64,000 nucleotides of DNA from an uncultured Oscillospiraceae bacterium (GCA_944385395.1 CALWXA010000082.1:16385-80384), one strand, 5' to 3'; counted from the first letter of the stretch, positions 26,862 through 35,340 are shown. Program-made: numbers and translations. The notes: generated by a model from the letters alone, not told the origin.

Positions 26862-27688
26862 CGGCGGTAATCCTTCCAGCCGCTGCAGAGCACCGCCAGC
26901 AGGCAAAAGACCGCCGGCAGAACATAGAGCCCAGCACCAAAGAGGTGGTTTTTGGGCTCGTCGGCGAACAGCAGCGCATAGTTATACCACCGCAGGGACA
27001 CGTCCTCCAGCGAGATGGAGTAAAACAGCAGCAGGAATACCGGCAGGAGCAAAAATGCCCGGTACTTGATGCGGATGAATGTGGACAGGGCGGCGGTGAA
27101 GCCCGCCAGCAGCCCGGCAAAGAGCCCGAAGCGGAGGATGCCCACTACGGCGTAGAGGTAGGGGGAGAAGTGATACAGCTCCGGCAGCCAATAGCGATCC
27201 GTCATGGCGATGTGCTGGGGGTCATAGATATTCAGATTGGACATATCACCGGTGGCCTGCAGCGGGAAAGCAATGCAGTTGAGCACCATCTCCATGAGGA
27301 AGGGGAGTGTGAAAAGGATGGCGGTGGCGATGATCACCGCCAGAATCTTGCTGGCGGTATACCGTCTGGGCCCAAGGCGGGCCAAAAGCACCGTCTGCGC
27401 CCCGCTGGCCTGATCCGCCGCCAGGGAAAGCCCGGCGGGGAACGCCACCAGAAGGGGGAACAGCTGGGAAAGCAGTATGACCGTATTGGCATTGTAATAG
27501 ATGTGGTTATAGCTTAGGGACAGCAGTTTCATGGGGTGGTACATGGCGATAACGTCATAGCCCCGAAACTCCAGCACATCGACGACGAAACGCAGCAGCA
27601 CCACAGCAAACAGCAGGGCGAAGGTGATCTGGGCGCTGCGCCTTTTCAGCAGGAACAGAACGTGAGCCTTTGTGGCGCGAATCAGCAT
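26858..27688 (-). CDS. ABC-2-type membrane protein (permease 1)
   Basis: ATG 27688 preceded by GGGAGGA. The track's 27727 start is a TTG without an RBS. About 276 aa and about six hydrophobic helices. Confidence 0.8.
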   Translation of the reverse strand: MLIRATKAHVLFLLKRRSAQITFALLFAVVLLRFVVDVLEFRGYDVIAMYHPMKLLSLSYNHIYYNANTVILLSQLFPLLVAFPAGLSLAADQASGAQTVLLARLGPRRYTASKILAVIIATAILFTLPFLMEMVLNCIAFPLQATGDMSNLNIYDPQHIAMTDRYWLPELYHFSPYLYAVVGILRFGLFAGLLAGFTAALSTFIRIKYRAFLLLPVFLLLFYSISLEDVSLRWYNYALLFADEPKNHLFGAGLYVLPAVFCLLAVLCSGWKDYRR

Positions 27689-27751
27689 GGCTGGGCATCC
27701 TCCCTTCAAAAAATGACTGGCGTGCAATTGGAGCCGGCCGGCATTATGGGA

Positions 27752-28174
27752 TCAGCTGGTGATGGTGCCTGTATAGGATACGACGGCTTGGGCTTGCTCA
27801 GAGGAATTGCCCCGGAAATGGAAATACACTGTGGAGGTATTCAGGTAGCCATCTTTGAGGTGCATAGCCGTGTAAGAAGAGGCTCCTTCGTGCAGGACAT
27901 AATAGGGGGCAGTGACGATGACTTCCCTATACGTATTAGTGACCTTACACTGAATTCTCGAATACGAGTCAGATCCGGTGTAAGGATATACGGAATGACA
28001 CATGGCTCCGCAACGAATGTAGGCTGTATTATGGGTTTCGCCGTATCCTCTGGTCCAGATCTGACCTTGTTCAAGATGGAGCACCTCATAGCTTGCGGCG
28101 TAGGCAGGGGCGCTGACCATCAAGAGCATTACCAGAACCACCACAATGGTGCAGAGCTTCTCGCCAAGTTTCAT
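27752..28174 (-). CDS. Small Sec-secreted protein, possible lactococcin-972-like bacteriocin
   Basis: Signal peptide MKLGEKLCTIVVVLVMLLMVSAPAYA|AS. The mature part has GQIWTRGYG near its N-terminus, a Y-x8-HSV block and an aromatic VYFHF strand near the C-terminus. RBS GAAGGAAG. G+C is about 49% by hand count over 27781-28020. Confidence 0.7.
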   Translation of the reverse strand: MKLGEKLCTIVVVLVMLLMVSAPAYAASYEVLHLEQGQIWTRGYGETHNTAYIRCGAMCHSVYPYTGSDSYSRIQCKVTNTYREVIVTAPYYVLHEGASSYTAMHLKDGYLNTSTVYFHFRGNSSEQAQAVVSYTGTITS

Positions 28175-28488
28175 AACAAATCTTCCTTCGTATAAAATTT
28201 CCCCAAAAATCTGAGTGGAGTAGCCCAGCCATGCATTGGAATGTCGTTTGATATTTAATAAATTTATAGTTTAATGTTAACTCGAAAACATATTTACGTC
28301 AATGGGGCAAAAACAGCAAAAGTTAATGACCGTACATTGGTTAGAGTGACTAAAGAGTGGGTGAAGGTGGAGGTTTGCTTTGGAAGTCTACGGTAAGTGC
28401 AAGTAAACAGGTACCAAAGTGGCCGCACTTTGACGATGCCAGAATGAGCCGGGGGGTGACTGCCTGGTGAAACGCCGCTGTTTTGCAT

Positions 28489-28532
28489 AAAAAAAGACAA
28501 GTACTGGAAAGCAGATGTTTTCCAGTACTTGT
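28489..28532 (-). terminator. Rho-independent terminator of rplM-rpsI
   Basis: Minus strand: ACAAGTACTGGAAA acatctgc TTTCCAGTACTTGT, then CTTTTTTT. Confidence 0.85.
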
Positions 28533-28554
28533 GATATATTGGGGATATGCGAAC

Positions 28555-28959
28555 TCAGCGCTTGCTGAACTGAGGCGCGCGGCGGGCGGCCTTGAGGCCG
28601 TACTTCTTACGCTCCTTCATACGAGGATCGCGGGTCAGGAAACCGGCCTTCTTCAGGATGGCACGGTACTCGGGATTCACCAGCAGCAGGGCACGGGAGA
28701 TGCCGTGACGCAGGGCGCCGGCCTGGCCGGACACGCCGCCGCCTTCCACGGTGGCAACGATATCCACCTTACCCAGGGTAGCGGTGGCGTTCAGAGGCTG
28801 GCGGACCACCATCTTCAGGGTCTCCAGACCGAAATACTCTTCCATGTCACGGCCGTTGATGGTGATCTTGCCGGTGCCGTTGGGGAACAGGTGCACCCGG
28901 GCAACGGAGGACTTTCTGCGGCCAGTGCCGTACATATAGGGATTCTTAGACTGATACAT
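28555..28959 (-). CDS. rpsI: 30S ribosomal protein S9
   Basis: [12 protein letters not shown]...[19 protein letters not shown]...[25 protein letters not shown]. Confidence 0.97.
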   Translation of the reverse strand: MYQSKNPYMYGTGRRKSSVARVHLFPNGTGKITINGRDMEEYFGLETLKMVVRQPLNATATLGKVDIVATVEGGGVSGQAGALRHGISRALLLVNPEYRAILKKAGFLTRDPRMKERKKYGLKAARRAPQFSKR

Positions 28960-28973
28960 ACTTCGTTTCCTCC

Positions 28974-29399
28974 TTACTTAACCAGCTCGGGCTTCTGGGC
29001 CTCATGGGGATGGACATCGGCGGCATACACGTGCAGGCGCTTGAGAGAGTCCTTGGACACGATGTTCCGGGGCAGCATGCCCTTGACGGCCACGCGCATG
29101 GCAAGCTCGGGCTTCTCCTGCATCAGGATGCGGTACTTGGTCTCCTTCAGACCGCCAACCCAACCGGAGTGATGACGATACAGCTTCTGCTCCATCTTGT
29201 TGCCGGTGAGCACAGCCTTGCCGGCGTTGATGACGATGACGTTGTCACCGCAGTCAGCATGGGGAGTGTAGGTGACTTTGCCCTTGCCGCGCAGCAGATC
29301 GGCCACGATGACAGCGGTCTTGCCCAGGGGCTTGCCGGCGGCATCAACGACGTACCACTTGCGCTCCACAGAGCCCTTTTTTTCCATATAAGTGGACAT
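28974..29399 (-). CDS. rplM: 50S ribosomal protein L13
   Basis: [27 protein letters not shown]... RBS GGAGGAAAAACAC before ATG 29399. The track ORF is extended upstream to 29531. Confidence 0.97.
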   Translation of the reverse strand: MSTYMEKKGSVERKWYVVDAAGKPLGKTAVIVADLLRGKGKVTYTPHADCGDNVIVINAGKAVLTGNKMEQKLYRHHSGWVGGLKETKYRILMQEKPELAMRVAVKGMLPRNIVSKDSLKRLHVYAADVHPHEAQKPELVK

Positions 29400-29496
29400 G
29401 TGTTTTTCCTCCAATTTATCAGATTGTATTGCTTTACTTTTCCACACGCTCTTGCTACAATCGAAGCGACAGCGTGAGCCAAATCGCGCAAGGTTA

Positions 29497-29525
29497 TTTA
29501 TAGCATACCGAAAAACCAATGTCAA
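29497..29525 (-). promoter_or_regulatory. rplM-rpsI promoter
   Basis: Minus strand: TTGACA (29525-29520), 17 nt, TATAAA (29502-29497). Leaves a leader of about 90 nt. Confidence 0.6.
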
Positions 29526-29562
29526 CACCATTTTAATTTACGATAGAAACATCTGCGTTTTT

Positions 29563-29596
29563 CTCTTGTTTTCTCGCAGATACTCTTGTTTTCTCG
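29563..29596 (+). repeat. Tandem 14-nt direct repeat (20-nt period) upstream of the ttcA-like gene
   Basis: CTCTTGTTTTCTCG at 29563-29576 and again at 29583-29596, separated by CAGATA. Confidence 0.9.
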
Positions 29597-29631
29597 AATG
29601 GCAAATTTCAATGATCCGGGGAGGAAGAACC

Positions 29632-30357
29632 ATGCAGCACATTCTGGGCCTGGTGCGCCGGTGCGTGGAGGACTATCACATGATCGAAGCGGGGGACCGC
29701 ATTGCCGTGGGGGTATCCGGCGGCAAGGACAGCCTGCTGACTCTGGCGGCACTGGCGCAGCTGCGCAAGTTCTGTCCGCTGCCCTTTTCCCTGGAGGCCA
29801 TTACGCTGGAAATGGGGATGCCGGGGATGGACTTTGCACCGGTGGCAGAGCTGTGCCGGCGGCTGGAGGTGCCCTACACTCGGATCCAGGTGCCCATCTA
29901 TGAGATCGTTTTCCAGGAGCGCAAGGAGAAGAACCCCTGCTCGCTGTGCGCCAAGCTGCGCCGGGGCAGTCTCAACACCGCTCTGGTGGAGCGGGGCATC
30001 CACAAGATCGCCCTGGGTCATCACTACGACGACGCCATTGAGACCATGGTGATGAACCTCCTCTTTGAAGGGCGCATCGGCTGTTTTCAGCCGGTGACGT
30101 ATCTGGACCGCACCGACGTGACCCAGATCCGGCCGTTGCTGTACTGCCGGGAAGGGGAGGTGCGCCGGACGGTAGAGCGCCTGGGCCTGCCGGTGGTGGA
30201 AAACCCCTGCCCGGCGGACGGTTCCAGCCGCCGTCAGGAGATCAAGGAACTCATTGAAACCCTGGAGCAGCGGTATCCCGACGTGAAGCAGAAAATTTTC
30301 GGCAGCATCCAGCGCTATCCCCTCTACGGCTGGAATCTGGAAAAGGAGGAGCGATGA
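29632..30357 (+). CDS. ttcA: PP-loop ATPase, TtcA-like (tRNA 2-thiocytidine synthase family)
   Basis: SGGKDS PP-loop and CSLCAKLRRG Cys motif. ATG 29632 preceded by GGGGAGGAAG. Confidence 0.8.
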   Translation: MQHILGLVRRCVEDYHMIEAGDRIAVGVSGGKDSLLTLAALAQLRKFCPLPFSLEAITLEMGMPGMDFAPVAELCRRLEVPYTRIQVPIYEIVFQERKEKNPCSLCAKLRRGSLNTALVERGIHKIALGHHYDDAIETMVMNLLFEGRIGCFQPVTYLDRTDVTQIRPLLYCREGEVRRTVERLGLPVVENPCPADGSSRRQEIKELIETLEQRYPDVKQKIFGSIQRYPLYGWNLEKEER

Positions 30358-31661
30358 ACATGCAGGCAAAAACGGCATCCACGGCTCTGGGCCGCCGCAC
30401 CTGGGCGGCGCTATTGGTCTTTGGCCTGTTCGGTCAGGTGGCCTGGGTGGTGGAGAACATGTATTTCAATGTGTTTCTCTACAACACCATCTCCGGCGAT
30501 ACGGCCCTCATTGCCGCCATGGTGGCGGCCAGCGCCGTCACCGCCACGGTGACTACGCTGCTGATGGGAGCTCTCTCCGACCGATTAGGCCGGCGCAAGG
30601 CCATCATCGTGGCGGGCTATCTCCTGTGGGGCGTCAGTGTGGGGGCCTTTGCCCTGGTATCTGTGGACAATCTGGGGCGCTTTTTCCCGGCGGCTCAGGC
30701 GGCTCATGCCGCCGCCGTGACAGTGGTGATCCTGGACTGCGTGATGACCTTCTTCGGCTCAGCGGCCAATGATGCCGCCTTCAACGCCTGGGTCACCGAC
30801 GTTACCACCGTGGACAACCGGGGTCGGGTGGAAACGGTGCTGGCGGCCATGCCGCTGCTGGCCATGCTGGTGGTGTTCGGCGCTCTGGACGGTCTCACCC
30901 AGAGCGGACGGTGGAGCGCCTTTTTCCTGGTAGTGGGGGGCATCACCTGCGCCGGGGGCCTGCTGGGGCTGGTGCTGCTCCGGGAGCCGGAGGTGAAGCG
31001 TCCGGCAGGTGAGTCGTACTTCAGCAACATCGTTTACGGGCTGCGGCCCAGCGTGGTAAAGACAAACCCCTTGCTGTATCTCTCGCTGCTGTGTCTGGCC
31101 ATCTATTCCATGTCCCAGCAGGTGTACATGCCCTATCTCCTTATCTATATTCAGCGTTTTCTGGGCATCACCGATTACACCTTCCTGCTGGCAGGAGTGC
31201 TGCTGCTCAGCTCCGCCCTCTCGGTGGCGGCGGGCCGTGTGGTGGACCGGTGGGGCAAGCTCACCAGTCTGACACCTGCTGCCGCCGTAGCTCTGGCGGG
31301 CTTGCTGGCCATGTTCTTCGCCCGGAGTCAGGGAACGGTGTTGGTGGCCGGAACGGTGATGCTGGGAGGCGGCATGGTGACTTCCGCCTGCTGTCAGGGC
31401 CTTATCCGGGACTATACCCCGGCGGGCATGGCCGGACGGTTCCAGGGCATCCGCATCCTCTTCCAGGTGCTGCTGCCCATGGTCACCGGGCCCTACATCG
31501 GCGTGGCGGTGATCGGCAACACCGGGGTGACCTATGAGGAGCTGGGCACCGTCAAGCAGGTGCCTACGGCACAGATCTTTCTGGCGGCGGCAGTGGTGTT
31601 GCTGCTGCTGGCTATACCCATCCATCTTCTGCGGCGCAGGGAAGGGAGGAGCGCAGGATGA
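30354..31661 (+). CDS. MFS transporter
   Basis: 435 aa and about 12 TM helices. ATGA overlap with ttcA. Confidence 0.85.
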   Translation: MNMQAKTASTALGRRTWAALLVFGLFGQVAWVVENMYFNVFLYNTISGDTALIAAMVAASAVTATVTTLLMGALSDRLGRRKAIIVAGYLLWGVSVGAFALVSVDNLGRFFPAAQAAHAAAVTVVILDCVMTFFGSAANDAAFNAWVTDVTTVDNRGRVETVLAAMPLLAMLVVFGALDGLTQSGRWSAFFLVVGGITCAGGLLGLVLLREPEVKRPAGESYFSNIVYGLRPSVVKTNPLLYLSLLCLAIYSMSQQVYMPYLLIYIQRFLGITDYTFLLAGVLLLSSALSVAAGRVVDRWGKLTSLTPAAAVALAGLLAMFFARSQGTVLVAGTVMLGGGMVTSACCQGLIRDYTPAGMAGRFQGIRILFQVLLPMVTGPYIGVAVIGNTGVTYEELGTVKQVPTAQIFLAAAVVLLLLAIPIHLLRRREGRSAG

Positions 31662-33403
31662 AAAAACTCTATACCCCCTGGGGGGAGCGGCTGGACAAAG
31701 CTTGTCCGCTGCCGGAATATCCCCGGCCCCAGCTGCGCCGGGAGAGCTACTATAACCTCAACGGCCTGTGGGAATATACCTGGCAGGATCAGCAGGGGGA
31801 GACATTGGGGGAAGGGGAGATCCTGGTGCCCTTCTCCCCGGAGAGCCTGCTGTCCGGCTGCGATTTCCAGCTGCTGCCGGGGCAGACCCTGCGCTACCGC
31901 CGGAGCTTTACCCTGCCGGAAGGCTTCCGCCGTGACCGGGTGCTGCTGCATTTCGGCGCCGTGGATCAGAGCTGCCGGGTGTGGGTGAACCATCAGGAGG
32001 CGGGGGGCCACGAGGGGGGCTATCTCCCCTTTACCCTGGACATCACGGAGCTGCTTCGAGAAGGGGAAAACCTGCTGGAGGCAGCGGTGCAGGACGCTGT
32101 GGACGGCGGCGTCCACAGCTACGGCAAGCAGCGTCTGCGCCGGGGCGGCATCTGGTACACCGCCCAGAGTGGTATCTGGCAGACGGTGTGGATGGAATCC
32201 GTGCCGGACAACTACATCACCGCCCTGGAGCTGACGCCGGATCTGGACGGCGGACGGCTTTGCTGGCGTGTCCATGCACCACAGGCCCAGGGGGCTGTGG
32301 TGACGGTATGGAAGGAAGGCCAGCTGGTGGCCAAAAACCAGGCGGATGAAGAGGGGCGGGGCTCCACGCCCATCCCCCGGGAGCTGCTGCGTACCTGGAG
32401 CCCGGAAGATCCCTTCCTGTACGACCTCACGGTGGAGCTTCCCGGCGGCGACCGGGTGGAGAGCTATTTCGGCATGCGGAAATTCTCCGTCATGGAGTAC
32501 CGGGGCCGGAAGGTGCTGGCGCTGAACAACCAGCCCTATTTCCACCACGGCGTGCTGGATCAGGGCTACTGGTCCGATGGACTTTACACGCCGCCCAGCG
32601 ACGAGGCCATGATCTGGGACATTCAAACCATGAAGGACATGGGCTTCAACGTGCTGCGCAAGCACATCAAGATCGAGCCCATGCGCTGGTACTATCACTG
32701 CGACCGGCTGGGGGTCATCGTCTGGCAGGACATGGTGTCCGGCGGCGACAATTTCAGACCCCTGTACACCCAGGTACTGCCCTTTGCCGGGTTCCATGTA
32801 CGGGACAAGGCGTCCGGCCGGTTCGGGCGGGGGAACCCAGCCACCTGCAGGCAGTTTCTTGCCGATGCCCACGAAACGGTGCGGCACCTTTACAACTGCG
32901 TATCGCTGGGGCTGTGGGTGCCCTTCAACGAGGGCTGGGGGCAGTTTGACGCCCTGGAGGTGTGCCGCCGGGTGCGGCAGCTGGATAGTACCCGGCCCAT
33001 CGATCACGCCAGCGGCTGGCACGATCAGGGGGGCGGCGATCTCAAGAGCCGACACGTATATTACCATCGGGCGAAGCTGAAAAACGACGGACGGCGGGTC
33101 CTGGCTCTGACGGAGTTCGGCGGCTACAGCCTGCCGGTACCGGGACACATCAGCACCGACCGCAAGTTCGGCTACCGGGTCTATCAGGACCGGGAGCGGT
33201 GGATGGATGCTGTGGAAAAGCTTTATGAGCGGGAGGTTCTGCCCATGGTGGCCCAAGAGGGATTGGCTGCCGCCATCTATACCCAGCTGAGCGATGTGGA
33301 AGATGAGATCAACGGCCTGGTGACCTATGACCGCCGGGTGGTGAAAGCGGCGCCGGAGCGGATGGCGGCCATTGCCCGCTCTCTCCGGCAGGAAGGAAGG
33401 TGA
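31658..33403 (+). CDS. Glycoside hydrolase family 2 enzyme (beta-galactosidase/glucuronidase-like)
   Basis: 581 aa with a GH2-type layout and the acid/base block WVPFNEGWGQFD. ATGA overlap with the MFS gene. Confidence 0.85.
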   Translation: MKKLYTPWGERLDKACPLPEYPRPQLRRESYYNLNGLWEYTWQDQQGETLGEGEILVPFSPESLLSGCDFQLLPGQTLRYRRSFTLPEGFRRDRVLLHFGAVDQSCRVWVNHQEAGGHEGGYLPFTLDITELLREGENLLEAAVQDAVDGGVHSYGKQRLRRGGIWYTAQSGIWQTVWMESVPDNYITALELTPDLDGGRLCWRVHAPQAQGAVVTVWKEGQLVAKNQADEEGRGSTPIPRELLRTWSPEDPFLYDLTVELPGGDRVESYFGMRKFSVMEYRGRKVLALNNQPYFHHGVLDQGYWSDGLYTPPSDEAMIWDIQTMKDMGFNVLRKHIKIEPMRWYYHCDRLGVIVWQDMVSGGDNFRPLYTQVLPFAGFHVRDKASGRFGRGNPATCRQFLADAHETVRHLYNCVSLGLWVPFNEGWGQFDALEVCRRVRQLDSTRPIDHASGWHDQGGGDLKSRHVYYHRAKLKNDGRRVLALTEFGGYSLPVPGHISTDRKFGYRVYQDRERWMDAVEKLYEREVLPMVAQEGLAAAIYTQLSDVEDEINGLVTYDRRVVKAAPERMAAIARSLRQEGR

Positions 33404-33409
33404 GAAGTT

Positions 33410-34036
33410 ATGGGACACGTTCCCCAGGGGGCCACGGCACAGCTGCAGCTGCTGCCTTTCCGTGAGGCTCTGGAAGCGGCGCTGCAGCCGGCGGCGGACT
33501 ATGACGTGGCACGCTGGCTCTCTGTACCCAACACCTATGGCGAATACCGGTACGTGCTGGGGACCCGGGGGGAAAAGCCCCTGATCTGCATGGGCATCAA
33601 TCCCTCCACCGCCGCACCGGATGCTCTGGACAACACCCTCAAGTCCGTGGAGCGCATTGCTCTGGCCAACGGCTATGACAGCTTCCTGATGTTCAATGTC
33701 TATGCCCAGCGCTCCACCGATCCGGACAGCATGGAGCGGCAGTGCAATCCGGCGCTGCACCGGGAGAATCTGGAGGCGCTGGACTATCTCCTCTCCTGCA
33801 GCCCTCAGCCTGCCGTGTGGGCGGCCTGGGGAGCCATCATCGAAAAGCGGGGGTATCTGCGCACCTGCCTCATGGATGAGATCGCCCTGAGCCGCCGGCA
33901 CAACGCACGGTGGTTCACCGCCGGGCCCATCTCCAAAAAGGGACATCCCCACCATCCCCTGTATCTGCGCAAAGACGCCGCCCTGGATCCCTTTGACCCG
34001 GAGCGGTACTGCCGGGAGATCCTGGGCGGCGTATGA
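33410..34036 (+). CDS. DUF1643-family protein with an N-terminal extension
   Basis: ICMGINPSTA...AWGAIIEKRGYL...KKGHPHHPLYL matches my memory of the DUF1643 signature (NPS.A ... WG ... P.HPLY). Confidence 0.7.
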   Translation: MGHVPQGATAQLQLLPFREALEAALQPAADYDVARWLSVPNTYGEYRYVLGTRGEKPLICMGINPSTAAPDALDNTLKSVERIALANGYDSFLMFNVYAQRSTDPDSMERQCNPALHRENLEALDYLLSCSPQPAVWAAWGAIIEKRGYLRTCLMDEIALSRRHNARWFTAGPISKKGHPHHPLYLRKDAALDPFDPERYCREILGGV

Positions 34037-34039
34037 GCA

Positions 34040-34306
34040 TTATGTAAGGACCCATTGCAGCAGCAGCAAAAGACCCAATCCCGGCAGACCCAGGATGCCG
34101 ATGAGGATGGCGTTGAAAAAATTTAAGCCCAGCGAGATGCCGCTGACTGCCGCCGTGACATTCAAAAGCCACAGGGCACAGAAGCCCAGCAGGGCGTTGA
34201 TGCCCAGGCGCAAGGCGATCTTCAGCGGCGCTGAGAAAAGGCGCAGAGCGGCCACCACCAGAAAGACGATGACCAGCCCCAGCGCCAGTTTTTCTACAAG
34301 TGACAT
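34040..34306 (-). CDS. bofA: Pro-sigma-K processing inhibitor BofA
   Basis: 88-aa two-helix membrane protein with a BofA-like sequence (GINALLGFCALWLLN...ILGLPGLGLLLLL). Adjacent to yaaL, as in Bacillus. Confidence 0.8.
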   Translation of the reverse strand: MSLVEKLALGLVIVFLVVAALRLFSAPLKIALRLGINALLGFCALWLLNVTAAVSGISLGLNFFNAILIGILGLPGLGLLLLLQWVLT

Positions 34307-34581
34307 GGATTCCCTCCCTTCATGGCGGCTGCGGCCACACAGGGCTCCGTCTGCCGGGATACTTCCGGGACGTCTGCCGCCGGGACGGAGAGCTCCTTGT
34401 AGCGCCGCAGAAGATAGCTGTAGCGGGCTTTCAGGGCGTTGATCTCGTACACACAGGCGTCCACCAGCTCCGGCTCGCTGACCAGATTGAACTTCTCGTA
34501 CGCATCCCGCAGTGCCTGGGCGGCGGCATGGAGCTCCGTCTGCAGCTCCTGAGCAGGGGATGGATTGGATTTCTTTGCCAT
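34294..34581 (-). CDS. yaaL: YaaL/DUF2508-family protein
   Basis: MAKKSNPSPAQELQTELHAAAQALRDAYEKFN...INALKARYSYLLRRYKE. RBS GGAAGGGAG before ATG 34581. Confidence 0.7.
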   Translation of the reverse strand: MAKKSNPSPAQELQTELHAAAQALRDAYEKFNLVSEPELVDACVYEINALKARYSYLLRRYKELSVPAADVPEVSRQTEPCVAAAAMKGGNPCHL

Positions 34582-34691
34582 GATTTGCTCCCTTCCGGCA
34601 CAGCTGCCTGTACCTATGTTTACGATTATTCTGGACAAATATGCCGCCGTTTAATCCCGGCGCACCAAATTTTCCCCGGGAGGTATGCCCT

Positions 34692-35138
34692 TTGGATCAT
34701 GAAAGCTATATGCGTGAGGCGCTGAAACTGGCACGTGAGGCGGCCGGGGCCGGTGAAGTGCCGGTGGGCTGCGTCATCGTCCACGGCGACACCATCGTGG
34801 GCCGGGGCCGCAACCGCCGGGAAGAAAAGCAGGCCACGGTTTCCCACGCCGAGATGGAGGCCATCGCCCAGGCCAACCAAGCACTGGGCTCCTGGCGCCT
34901 GGAGGAGTGCCGGCTGTATGTGACGCTGGAGCCATGCCCCATGTGCGCCGGAGCCATCCTCAACGCCCGGATCCCCTGGGTATACTACGGGGCCCGGGAC
35001 CGGGCCATGGGCGCCTGCGGCGGGGTGCTGAATCTCTTTATGGAGGCGTTTCCACACCGGCCGGCTCTGGTGGGCGGTATTCTGGAGGAGGAGTGCCGGC
35101 AGGTGCTGTCAGATTTCTTCAGCCGCCTCCGGATTTAA
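34692..35138 (+). CDS. tadA: tRNA-specific adenosine deaminase TadA
   Basis: HAEMEAI and PCPMCAGA zinc motifs. I prefer TTG 34692 (RBS GGGAGG, 8 nt upstream) over the RBS-less ATG 34641, but the start remains uncertain. Confidence 0.85.
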   Translation: MDHESYMREALKLAREAAGAGEVPVGCVIVHGDTIVGRGRNRREEKQATVSHAEMEAIAQANQALGSWRLEECRLYVTLEPCPMCAGAILNARIPWVYYGARDRAMGACGGVLNLFMEAFPHRPALVGGILEEECRQVLSDFFSRLRI

Positions 35139-35340
35139 TACTTTTTTAATATTTATGACAGAACTTTTGTAACAACCCCTTGGTATCCTATACTTGCAAG
35201 AGACAAGAACTTTTTTCATCAATCTTCCTACCATCGTAAGCGGAGGGCCGGTATCGGTTCTCCGCTTCATGGTTTTTATGGGCATGAAGGGGACAGGCCT
35301 GCCATAGAATGAGAAAAACACTTGGCAGGGAGATGAGATC

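Noticed and set aside
27689-27727. Alternative upstream TTG start (27727) for permease 1.
   Set aside because: There is no RBS. The added residues (MHASHFLKGGCPA) are not membrane-like. ATG 27688 has a GGGAGGA RBS.
28294-28500. A 68-aa minus-strand ORF lies in the AT-rich spacer.
   Set aside because: It starts inside the rpsI terminator stem, has no RBS, and its composition is not protein-like.
29400-29496. Possible ribosomal-protein L13 leader in the roughly 90-nt rplM 5' UTR.
   Set aside because: I could find only a short CACGCU/AGCGUG helix. I cannot match it to the Bacillus L13 leader from memory. It needs a cmsearch and is not reported as a feature.
35139-35340. I looked for the SRP (4.5S/scRNA) gene downstream of tadA, as in the Bacillus tadA-scr-dnaX-recR-yaaL-bofA neighbourhood.
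   Set aside because: There is no GGAAGCAGCC-type domain IV motif and no long closing helix. I found only a small terminator-like hairpin (about 35239-35270). The synteny here is limited to bofA-yaaL/tadA.
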